Positions 56,716-64,000 of a stretch of DNA of 64,000 nt are shown piece after piece; positions within the stretch are counted from its first letter, which is position 1, and every line of letters starts with the position of its first letter. A program made the translations under genes and the position numbers. The notes below the pieces were generated by a model. The model had not been told where the DNA came from. It saw only the letters and a list, made by a program, of their open reading frames with translations, and did not search any database. Source of the stretch: Patescibacteria group bacterium (GTDB lineage: Bacteria > Patescibacteriota > Patescibacteriia > Buchananbacterales > UBA6539); NCBI GenBank assembly GCA_041649675.1, contig JBAZMQ010000002.1:1920-65919 (forward strand), written 5' to 3'.

Positions 56716-57654
56716 CTACAAAACTTTTCTAAAATATTCTATCGTCTTTCCCAGCCCTTCTTGCAGCTGCACTGTCGGCTCCCAGCCCAACTTCTCTTTT
56801 GCCAAACTGATATCCGGCTTTCTCTGCTTTGGATCATCTTGTGGTAATTCTTTATAAATAATTTTATTTTTACTACCAGCCAAACTAATTACCATTTCTG
56901 CCAATTGTTTAATCGTAAATTCACCCGGATTACCTAAATTAACCGGTCCGGTCCAACCGTCAGACTCCATCATGGTGTATAAGCCCAAAACTAAATCGGA
57001 AACAAAACAAAACGACCGGGTTTGGCTACCATCACCATAAATTGTAATATCCTGGCCCTTTAAAGCTTGAACGATAAAATTAGACACTACTCGGCCATCA
57101 TCCCAAGACATATTCGGACCGTAAGTGTTAAAAATACGAGCGACTTTAACTGGAATCTTATCTTGCCGATGATAATCAAAAAATAAAGTTTCAGCGCAGC
57201 GCTTGCCTTCATCATAACAAGCCCGCGGGCCGATTGGATTAACATTACCATTATAACTTTCGGGCTGAGGGTGAACATTGGGATCACCATAAACTTCAGA
57301 AGTTGAGGCTTGTAAAACCTTTATACCGCCACCAAGTTCTTTGGAAAGCTCCAAACAATTAATCGCTCCCAAAACATTGGTTTTGACCGTTTCCACCGGC
57401 GTTCTCTGATAGTGCACGGGTGAAGCCGGGCAGGCGAGGTTGTAAATTTGATCAACGGCAACATTAAAAGGTTTGGTCACGTCATGCTCCAAAAGTTCAA
57501 AATTAAGATTATTCAATAAGCCCTCAATATTACGTTTTTGACCAGTAAAAAAATTATCCAGACAGACAACCTGGTTTCCTTTAGCTATTAAGAATTGACA
57601 GAGATGCGAACCAATAAACCCCGCACCACCAGTGACTAGAATTTTCATAATCAA
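56716..57654 (-). CDS. UDP-glucuronate decarboxylase (UDP-xylose synthase)-like SDR
   Basis: [16 protein letters not shown]...[13 protein letters not shown]...STSEVYGDP closely follows the UXS pattern. Confidence 0.75.
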   Translation of the reverse strand: MIMKILVTGGAGFIGSHLCQFLIAKGNQVVCLDNFFTGQKRNIEGLLNNLNFELLEHDVTKPFNVAVDQIYNLACPASPVHYQRTPVETVKTNVLGAINCLELSKELGGGIKVLQASTSEVYGDPNVHPQPESYNGNVNPIGPRACYDEGKRCAETLFFDYHRQDKIPVKVARIFNTYGPNMSWDDGRVVSNFIVQALKGQDITIYGDGSQTRSFCFVSDLVLGLYTMMESDGWTGPVNLGNPGEFTIKQLAEMVISLAGSKNKIIYKELPQDDPKQRKPDISLAKEKLGWEPTVQLQEGLGKTIEYFRKVL

Positions 57655-57693
57655 TAGAAATCAGAGAGCAGATGTTAGAAATCAGACCAAAAC

Positions 57694-58819
57694 CTATCGC
57701 TGATTTCTATTCTCTGTTTTCTGTTCTCTGTTTATGTATTTTAAATACGATTTAACGAATTCGTCAAGCCCCCCGTCTAAAACCGAATCCGGATCAGTAG
57801 TCTCAAAGTCAGTCCGATGGTCTTTAACTAGCTTGTAGGGCTGTAAGACGTATGAACGAATTTGATTGCCCCATTCAGCGGACAACACCTCTCCCCTAAT
57901 TTCAGCCAGCTCCTTGCCCTTAGCGGCCTCCAATAGCTTCACCAACTTAGCTTGCAATAGCTTCATGGCAATCTTTTTGTTCTGAACCTGTGAACGCTCA
58001 CTTTGTGATTTAACCACTACCCCGCTTGGCAAATGAGTAATCCTTACAGCCGAATCAGTGGTATTAACACTTTGACCGCCGTGGCCGCCGGAACGAAAAA
58101 CATCAATTTTTAAATCTTCAGACTTAATTGCTAACTCTTCGGCATCGGCCAAAACCGGCATTACTTCAACCAAGGCAAAAGAGGTGTGACGCATTTTTTC
58201 CGCGTCAAAGGGCGAAATTCTTACCAAACGATGAACCCCGGCTTCTGATTTCAAATTACCATAAGCGTAATAACCAGAAATTTCTGCTGTCACGCTTTTA
58301 ATACCGGCTTCCTGGCCCTTGGTTTCATCAACAATTTTTACCGAAAAATTTTTATTTTCACAAAAGCGTAAATACATGCGCAAAAGCATTTGCGCCCAAT
58401 CTTGAGCTTCGGTGCCACCAGTACCAGCATGAATGGATAAAATCGCATCATGGCTGTCGTACTTAGCAGAAAACAAAACAAAAAACTCTAATTTTTCAAA
58501 AGTTTTAGTTAAATTATCAACTTCCTTGGTCAATTCTTTTTCTAGCGTTACCTCATTTTCTTTTTGGGCTTCTTTAGCCAATTCTAAGTTGTCATCAATT
58601 CTTTTGGTAATACTTTCCCATTGTTCAACCACCGACTTTAAATTTTCGCACTTCTGGCTGACCGTCTTGGCTTGCTGTTGATTTTGCCAAAAATCTGGCT
58701 GGTTGATTTCTGATTCTAATTTTTTGATTTCACGTTTCAGACCAGCCAGGTCAAAGTAACCTCCGAACGGCTGCCACTTTAGTTTTCAGCTCACTTAAAT
58801 TTTGAATAATTTCTTTCAT
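57694..58819 (-). CDS. prfB: Peptide chain release factor 2 with programmed +1 frameshift (frame 0 from 58819 to CUU at ~58754, then +1 frame to 57694)
   Basis: Frame-0 MKEIIQNLSELKTKVAAVRRLL then UGA. Site CGG AGG UUA CUU UGA C (SD-like GGAGG + CUU UGA C). Downstream frame has the SPF and GGQ motifs. Confidence 0.85.
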
Positions 58820-58849
58820 CTTGTTAATTCAAATATAAACTATAATATT

Positions 58850-59248
58850 TTAGCGACTAACACACCCAGAGCTACGATCAAAGGTCATGGCTGTACCAGC
58901 ATTATCACAAAGACAAAAATTGCCTAATTGATTACGGTACCACTGCCCGCCAGTATTTTGGCACAAACCTTTTTGCTGAGTAAGTGAAGCAGCAGTTTGA
59001 CGTGAAACCCGGTGGCAACTCTTAAAAACCATTTCTTTACAGTCTATACAGGCCGGCTGATAAATTCCTTCACAAAAATCATTCAAAAAACACTCCTTCT
59101 CGTCCAAAATATTACCACAAATGGCCAAACTGGCTGAATAATGATTAACCAAAGCATCAACTTGCTGGCGGTAAAGAACTGCAAAAGTAACTCCAATCAT
59201 AGCAACAATGACAAAGATGGAAAAAATAATAATGGTTCTTTTTGACAT
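58850..59248 (-). CDS. Small secreted/anchored Cys-rich protein (12 Cys), hypothetical
   Basis: N-terminal TM/signal, then multiple CxxC-spaced cysteines. Confidence 0.45.
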   Translation of the reverse strand: MSKRTIIIFSIFVIVAMIGVTFAVLYRQQVDALVNHYSASLAICGNILDEKECFLNDFCEGIYQPACIDCKEMVFKSCHRVSRQTAASLTQQKGLCQNTGGQWYRNQLGNFCLCDNAGTAMTFDRSSGCVSR

Positions 59249-59273
59249 ATTATTAAAATTATTAACTAACGTT

Positions 59274-59597
59274 TCAAAATTGATACAAAAATCTTTTTAA
59301 ATTTATTTTGTTTCCAGATTCAATTTCAATCCCCTCTTTTTTTAAAAGTGATAACTTCTTTTTGCTCCCCGCGACATAACCCCCGACTTGGCCGCTTGAT
59401 TTAACTACGCGATGACAAGGAATTTTTACCAGACAGGTATTCTTATTTAAGGCATTGCCAACCGCCCTGGCCGCCTTGGGTCGATTTAAAACTTCGGCCA
59501 ACAATTTATAAGTTACAACCTTACCTTGAGGAATTAATTTTACCTTATTTAATACCTGATTTTGAAAAGACTCTAATTTTTTAGCTTTGATCGGCAT
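59274..59597 (-). CDS. ogt: Methylated-DNA-protein-cysteine methyltransferase (MGMT DNA-binding domain only); start MPIKAKK
   Basis: IPCHRVV active-site motif. The ORF-track start at 59681 overlaps the upstream gene. Confidence 0.75.
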   Translation of the reverse strand: MPIKAKKLESFQNQVLNKVKLIPQGKVVTYKLLAEVLNRPKAARAVGNALNKNTCLVKIPCHRVVKSSGQVGGYVAGSKKKLSLLKKEGIEIESGNKINLKRFLYQF

Positions 59598-59598
59598 A

Positions 59599-59901
59599 CT
59601 ACCTTTTAAGTTGCTGTTGCAGTTGTTCAAGACTATTGATACCGGCTGACTGCGAACCCAAAAGCTGCTGATACGAATCAATTGTCTGTTTTAATAAGGG
59701 CGGCAAAAAATAAATTCCCAAAATTGTTGGCACGACAATAATTAAAATTTTTACTACTGTCCAAACTCGTTGCCAGGCAATCCAGCGCCGCAAAGCCAAA
59801 ACTGCCTCCTTAGTCTCTAAAGAAACTTTTAAATTTTGCTGCAAAAGCTGCTCTAGCTCATCAATTCTTGGTTGGTTGGACTGATTATTTTCTTCTGCCA
59901 T
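59599..59901 (-). CDS. Hypothetical coiled-coil protein with one TM helix
   Basis: Gln/Leu-rich ends, central hydrophobic helix. Confidence 0.35.
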   Translation of the reverse strand: MAEENNQSNQPRIDELEQLLQQNLKVSLETKEAVLALRRWIAWQRVWTVVKILIIVVPTILGIYFLPPLLKQTIDSYQQLLGSQSAGINSLEQLQQQLKR

Positions 59902-60002
59902 ATTAATTTTTCATTCCTTGTACTCTAATAATTATACAATATTTTACCAAATTTAGCCAAACAAAAAAGAACTTAAATTTAAGTCCTCTTTTGTTTATAA
60001 AT

Positions 60003-60542
60003 TCATTGATTGATTATAGTTTTTACAGCTATCTGTCGTCTAGTGGCTAAAAATAAAACCGCTTCATATGCGCCAAACAAGGCTCCGGTGTAAACTAAAT
60101 CGCTTAGCAAAGTGGCCCTAAAAAACGGCAAAGCCGCAATAAAACAATGACTCAAGCCGGCTAAATTTTTGGCATACCAAGGAGAAAATTGCCAAACCGC
60201 TAAGTTAGTAACGGCAAAAAACAAAACTGAGGCAAAAACACTGGCGGCAAATATTGTCTCAAAACTCTTATATTTTTTCAACTGGCTGGCCAAAAGACCA
60301 ATTATCAAATAACTGCCATAGACTGCTGCCATTAACGGCCAAGAATAAAAACCAATAAAAAAATCGCCAATTAGCATTGTCAGAGCCAAAACTGGCAAAA
60401 CATACTTTCGACCCAAATAAAACCCAGCAAACAAAGAAATGGCCGCAATCGGCGCAAAATTGCCAACGTGAGGCAATAACCGGCAAACAATTCCCAAAGC
60501 CACCAAAAAAATAGCGGCAATAATTTTAGTTCTTGTGTCCAT
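60003..60542 (-). CDS. ECF-transporter S-component-like membrane protein (candidate cobalamin permease)
   Basis: ~180 aa, 5-6 TM helices, typical S-component size. In the riboswitch-controlled locus. Confidence 0.45.
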   Translation of the reverse strand: MDTRTKIIAAIFLVALGIVCRLLPHVGNFAPIAAISLFAGFYLGRKYVLPVLALTMLIGDFFIGFYSWPLMAAVYGSYLIIGLLASQLKKYKSFETIFAASVFASVLFFAVTNLAVWQFSPWYAKNLAGLSHCFIAALPFFRATLLSDLVYTGALFGAYEAVLFLATRRQIAVKTIINQ

Positions 60543-60549
60543 ATAATTT

Positions 60550-61011
60550 TTAATGCTTTATTAAATTAAATTGGTTAGAAACATATTTCCACTCAACAAT
60601 ATCACCGTTCTTTAAACTATAATTGCTGGCCCCGGTTTCAGCGTAGATGTTGTCAACCCAATAATGCCAAAACTGGTTGGTCTTGTCGCTATTGGTATAT
60701 TTGTTGATTGATTCAACCAAGACTCCTAATTCCTTGCCATAATCTTTGGTTTTAAATTCTAAGTTACTGTCCGTTGTCACCTTCTTTAGTAAATCTAAAA
60801 CCGTTGCCTGGTTGGTCAAAGCCACATTGTTAAAAGTTTGCACCTGGCCATCGCCAAAATCAAGCATTAAATTAACCTTGATCTCCTGCTCTAATTGAGC
60901 TTGATTAACCGACGGTAAATTGATTGGCGGTGTCCAAAGGCCTTTTTGGCCGACATAAACCCCACCACAAAAAATCGCAGCTAAAATGATGATTTTGATT
61001 AATAATTTCAT
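60550..61011 (-). CDS. Secreted DUF4430-like (transcobalamin beta-domain-like) protein
   Basis: Signal peptide; ATVLDLLKK...GVLVESINKY...FWHYWVDN...GASNYSLKNGDIVEWKY fits the DUF4430 pattern. Confidence 0.5.
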   Translation of the reverse strand: MKLLIKIIILAAIFCGGVYVGQKGLWTPPINLPSVNQAQLEQEIKVNLMLDFGDGQVQTFNNVALTNQATVLDLLKKVTTDSNLEFKTKDYGKELGVLVESINKYTNSDKTNQFWHYWVDNIYAETGASNYSLKNGDIVEWKYVSNQFNLIKH

Positions 61012-61536
61012 TTAAACTTTGGGGTTATTTTTTAAATCCTTAATTTTTCTATTCTTTAATAATTTTACTCCAAAAATAGCAACCAGACAAGCTACAACTA
61101 ATACTCCAACCAAGTACCAAATCCACCAACCACAGCTAACAATTGTGATTGGAATTTTTACGCCCGAAGCAGCAGCCAATCCCGCGTTAGCCAAAGGGTG
61201 GGCCACCACTGAAATATTAGTATTAAATCGGCCTGGATTTTTTAGATTAACTTTTACTTTAACAATTTGGCTGCCATCGGGCTCAAGCCGAAAATCAGTT
61301 GGTTCCAATTTGAGCTCTCGCTGCAAGCCGTCAGGATAAATCTCATAGCGAGCGGGCTCTTGGGAAATATTGACCACTAAAAATTCGCTTATCACTTCCC
61401 GGCCAGTAATGGCTAAGATATTAATTTCTTTAGGTTTTACGCCAACGCCAATAGCTTGAGCTTGGTTGGCTAAAAATAGACAGACTAAAGTCATTGTTAC
61501 CCAACCAAGCTTTTTAATGGGATTATATCTTACCAT
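61012..61536 (-). CDS. Signal-peptide protein with Ig-like domain and C-terminal TM anchor, hypothetical
   Basis: N-terminal signal peptide; C-terminal TM segment WWIWYLVGVLVVACLVAIFGV. Confidence 0.4.
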   Translation of the reverse strand: MVRYNPIKKLGWVTMTLVCLFLANQAQAIGVGVKPKEINILAITGREVISEFLVVNISQEPARYEIYPDGLQRELKLEPTDFRLEPDGSQIVKVKVNLKNPGRFNTNISVVAHPLANAGLAAASGVKIPITIVSCGWWIWYLVGVLVVACLVAIFGVKLLKNRKIKDLKNNPKV

Positions 61537-61542
61537 AAATGA

Positions 61543-63366
61543 TTATTGCGCTTGGGCCCAAAAAATTAATTCACCAGTCTTAATCCCCGAACCAATGTAA
61601 TTACTAGGAATGGTTAAGCTGACAGTCTCGGCTTGATTAGTCAGGCTGGCCAAATCCAAGCTATAGCTTGACCAAATTTTACTACCAACCTGCAAACCAG
61701 AAAGAAATACTGAATCACCGCTGACCGATGAGGTAATCTTTAGATTAACCGTTCCGGCATTATTTAAAGTTACAGTCTGGCTAGCTGATTTGCCTGGCTG
61801 TAATTTACCGAAGCTAAGCTGACTGGGAGTAACTTCAAATATAATTGAATCACCGGCAATTTGGCCACGGCCGCCCTGATCAACTTCCACCTGCAGACCG
61901 ATATTTTGTGAAACTCCGCTGCCAACTGCCACGACCTGCTGGTTACTGCGAATATAATTAGATTTTTGCGCATACAAAGTATAATAGCCATCCGGTAAAG
62001 TTAAGGTAATCTGGCCTTGGGCATCAGTCTGATACTCCTGGTCTGCACCAAAAACTGTTGCTTGAGCCAATGGCTGCCAGCCTTGGTTATAATACTCAAC
62101 TGTTGCCGTTACGGTCTGGCCGGATTCCGGTTGATTATCATTAACAGTAATTCTTGTTGCTCGGTCAAAATCAGGATAAGCTGGTGAGCTGGTATCCGGG
62201 TCATAATAAATCAAAATTTCATCACCAATTTTTAGCTGGTACTGTTCCAGGCCATCATTGGTTGTTTGGTTGTTAATCAAATACATCCAATAAGCCGGAT
62301 TATTATTGCCAATCCCGGCGATTGAATCAAGAAAAAATGTCCCCCAGTCGCGATTACCAGTGAAAGTATAGTTACAAACACTTTGACCAGACACTAATAA
62401 ATCATAAGCCGTAGCCCCACTGGAAAAATATTTATCACAAATCGCACCCTGGGGGCCTTCAATCCTCAATAAATAATCACCGGTTTCAGTTTGCTGATTT
62501 TCTTGACCACTGCCCGAAAAATGGCTTAAAGGCAAAGTCTTTTCTGACAAAGCAATAACTGCGTCTTGCGTGGCCATTAAATTAGCAGTCTTGTTTGCCG
62601 CGGTTCGGCCAAACGAACCATCATTATTTTTTAATGACTGAATATAAGCAATCGGATTGTTTCCACCTTTCTGCCATAAAGCTGGGCTTTGACCGACTTT
62701 TCTAATGGCCCAAACCACCCAGCTGGTAGAATCAACATCGGATTCATTACCCGCAGCCCAACCCCAGCCGCCATCACCATTTTGAGCTAAGGCCAAATAA
62801 GCCAAAGCTTTGCTAATCGCGGCATTATCAGAACTGACTCCAGCTTCAATTAACGAAATAGTAATTATAGCTGTACTATTAGTATCGCTGATAACACCAA
62901 CATTATAACCCCAGCCACCATCAGTATTTTGTTTGGTTAATAAATAACTCTTGGTTTGAGAAATCTCTTGACTGCTAGCGGCTAAACCCGCGGCTGATAA
63001 TCCTAGAATGCCGAAGCTGTCATCCATTAACATTTGAGCATCACCAATTTGACCATCGGCGTAAAAATTCTTAAGTTGGCTGACGTAATCAACATTACCA
63101 AAAGTGTAAGGATTTTGGTTCAAAGCGGTTACGGCCAAAATGGTTTTAGCGTAATCCAGTGGCGTATTATTGCTGGATTTCAAATGGTTGCTAGCAATAT
63201 CACTAGCCGAAGCGGCAGCCAAAGCCATAGTTACCCAAGGCGTTTGGCCAGAGGCCTTTAAATAAGTGACTGAATCTGAACTGACGTCGGCAGCCACTAG
63301 CACTGGCTGAATTAAAATCGCCAGACTGCAAGCCACCAACAAAAAAGTTTTGATTTTGCTTTTCAT
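61543..63366 (-). CDS. Secreted protein: prenyltransferase/squalene-oxidase-type alpha-toroid repeats + DUF4430-like domain + CarboxypepD_reg-like domain (transcobalamin/intrinsic-factor-like architecture); ATG at 63366 (track uses TTG 63372)
   Basis: QxxDGGWG repeats (KQNTDGGWGY, AQNGDGGWGW, LKNNDGSFGR). Later GATAYDLL...GTFFLDSIAGI...YWMYLIN...YQLKIGDEILIYY is DUF4430-like. Confidence 0.55.
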   Translation of the reverse strand: MKSKIKTFLLVACSLAILIQPVLVAADVSSDSVTYLKASGQTPWVTMALAAASASDIASNHLKSSNNTPLDYAKTILAVTALNQNPYTFGNVDYVSQLKNFYADGQIGDAQMLMDDSFGILGLSAAGLAASSQEISQTKSYLLTKQNTDGGWGYNVGVISDTNSTAIITISLIEAGVSSDNAAISKALAYLALAQNGDGGWGWAAGNESDVDSTSWVVWAIRKVGQSPALWQKGGNNPIAYIQSLKNNDGSFGRTAANKTANLMATQDAVIALSEKTLPLSHFSGSGQENQQTETGDYLLRIEGPQGAICDKYFSSGATAYDLLVSGQSVCNYTFTGNRDWGTFFLDSIAGIGNNNPAYWMYLINNQTTNDGLEQYQLKIGDEILIYYDPDTSSPAYPDFDRATRITVNDNQPESGQTVTATVEYYNQGWQPLAQATVFGADQEYQTDAQGQITLTLPDGYYTLYAQKSNYIRSNQQVVAVGSGVSQNIGLQVEVDQGGRGQIAGDSIIFEVTPSQLSFGKLQPGKSASQTVTLNNAGTVNLKITSSVSGDSVFLSGLQVGSKIWSSYSLDLASLTNQAETVSLTIPSNYIGSGIKTGELIFWAQAQ

Positions 63367-63600
63367 AAACAAAAATCTCCCTTTTCGAGGGAGCGGTTAG
63401 ATCATCCATTTTAAAAACGGACGGCCACCGACTCTTAATCTCGAAGAGTTTAGTGAATTAATTAAGCTTTGATTTTAGCGACCTGACTTAGTTGAGTGCA
63501 GCATCACCCCTCGATAACTCGGGGTAATTTTTCGTTGCACTCAAAATCACAGTTGCGGACCAGTGGAGGGTTTACACCTCACTTCGTAAAACTAAAGCTT
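63367..63600 (-). promoter_or_regulatory. Cobalamin riboswitch (candidate) with terminator/RBS-sequestering hairpin CUCCCU-CGAAA-AGGGAG + U5 just before the start codon
   Basis: Core GAAGUGAGGUGUAAACCCUCCACUGGUCCGCAACUGUGA (revcomp of 63547-63585) follows the B12-element consensus ...GGUGnAAAnCC...GCnGnCCCGCnACUGUnA. Confidence 0.55.
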
Positions 63601-63675
63601 TTTGTCAACGCTATCGTATAGGCTAATTAGAATATTAGAACTTTTTAATTACCCATATCGCAATAGCACTTCATC

Positions 63676-63716
63676 CCGACCGCCGAAGCTCGAGCATAGC
63701 GAGAGCGTAGGCGGGT
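63676..63716. repeat. G+C-rich hairpin CCCGACCGCC...AGCGAGAGCGTAGGCGGG (same family as 33262)
   Basis: Shares an 18-nt core with 33262-33298. Sits between the adenosyltransferase stop and the riboswitch. Confidence 0.55.
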
Positions 63717-63843
63717 TAAGGTAATACCATTTTAAACCTCTAAATTTTTACTGTCAAACTTTTCTGTGGATAAAAACAGAAAATGGAAATCAGTGATCAG
63801 AAATCAGGCGCATAGCCAATGACTGATGACTGTTCTCTAGTTT

Positions 63844-64000
63844 CTAGTCCTCTATCCCCCTTCTGGCCACCAACCCCTGCTGATATGGGTGCTTAATTTC
63901 TTTCATTTCCGTCACATAATCAGCCAATTTAATTATTTCTGATGCTGCCTTGCGGCCAGTCAAAACTAATTCCACTGACTTAGGTTTGTTTTTGATCAAC
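63844..64000 (-). CDS. ATP:cob(I)alamin adenosyltransferase (CobA/BtuR/CobO family), C-terminal fragment running off the window
   Basis: VLTGRKAASEIIKLADYVTEMKEIKHPYQQGLVARRGIED matches the family's C-terminus (TGRG...LAD.VTEM.E.KHP...G..A..GI). Confidence 0.6.
   Translation of the reverse strand, partial: LIKNKPKSVELVLTGRKAASEIIKLADYVTEMKEIKHPYQQGLVARRGIED

Noticed and set aside
63373-63843. Housekeeping ncRNA (RNase P RNA, tmRNA, SRP RNA or 6S RNA) in the 470-nt spacer
   Set aside because: None of their conserved cores were seen (no RNase P GNAANNUGGGCAGG box, no tmRNA tag ORF). The B12-element core in the 5' UTR explains the conserved-looking region better.
1-64000. CRISPR array / cas genes
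   Set aside because: No regularly spaced direct repeats with unique spacers were seen. The repeated elements found are palindromic hairpin clusters or intragenic domain repeats.

Overview
The window most likely comes from a small, A+T-rich CPR/Patescibacteria-type genome. Nearly every gene is on the minus strand.

Features by region:
1. 1-15.3 kb: an S10-spc-str ribosomal protein superoperon (secY N-terminus, L15 through L3, S10, tuf, fusA, S7, S12). It has no L30 gene between S5 and L15 and carries several extended r-proteins; the L30 absence is the basis for the CPR call.
2. 15.4-18 kb: an M50 protease, rpmB, a type IV prepilin-like protein and a small membrane protein.
3. 18-32.8 kb: a co-directional block of giant surface proteins (1097 aa and about 1958 aa) with a multi-PAS histidine kinase and three single-domain receiver proteins.
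4. 33.15-33.22 kb: tRNA-Pro(GGG), flanked by G+C-rich hairpin clusters.
5. 33.6-41.7 kb: an island that looks clearly more G+C-rich than its flanks, organised as five nearly identical modules.
6. 42-52.7 kb: an excisionase-family HTH, ndk, a fourth orphan receiver, ComEC split into two genes, and a nucleoside / methionine-salvage cluster (ahcY, PfkB kinase, HD nucleotidase, MTA phosphorylase, apt).
7. 52.8-55.7 kb: glnA preceded by a GAF-ANTAR regulator.
8. 55.7-60 kb: UDP-sugar enzymes, prfB with its programmed +1 frameshift, and ogt.
9. 60-64 kb: a putative cobalamin-acquisition locus behind a cobalamin riboswitch.

Each module in the 33.6-41.7 kb island has this order: intrinsic terminator, sigma70-like promoter (TTGACA-N16-18-TAAGxT), near-leaderless short leader-peptide ORF, then an antiterminator/terminator attenuator, then the gene. 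Each leader peptide contains a run of one amino acid class matching the downstream enzyme:
- WYYFGFYF upstream of prephenate dehydratase + DAHP synthase
- LPVPPTLP upstream of glutamate 5-kinase
- LLLGLLLL upstream of a LeuA-type synthase
- VVVVV upstream of an unknown 90-aa protein
- IIISIIII upstream of a second LeuA/CimA-type synthase

This regular array of five ribosome-mediated attenuators is the most striking system in the window.

In the cobalamin locus at 60-64 kb, the riboswitch sits upstream of a secreted alpha-toroid + DUF4430-like (transcobalamin-like) protein, a second DUF4430-like protein and an ECF-S-like permease. A CobA/BtuR-type adenosyltransferase fragment lies just upstream at the window edge.
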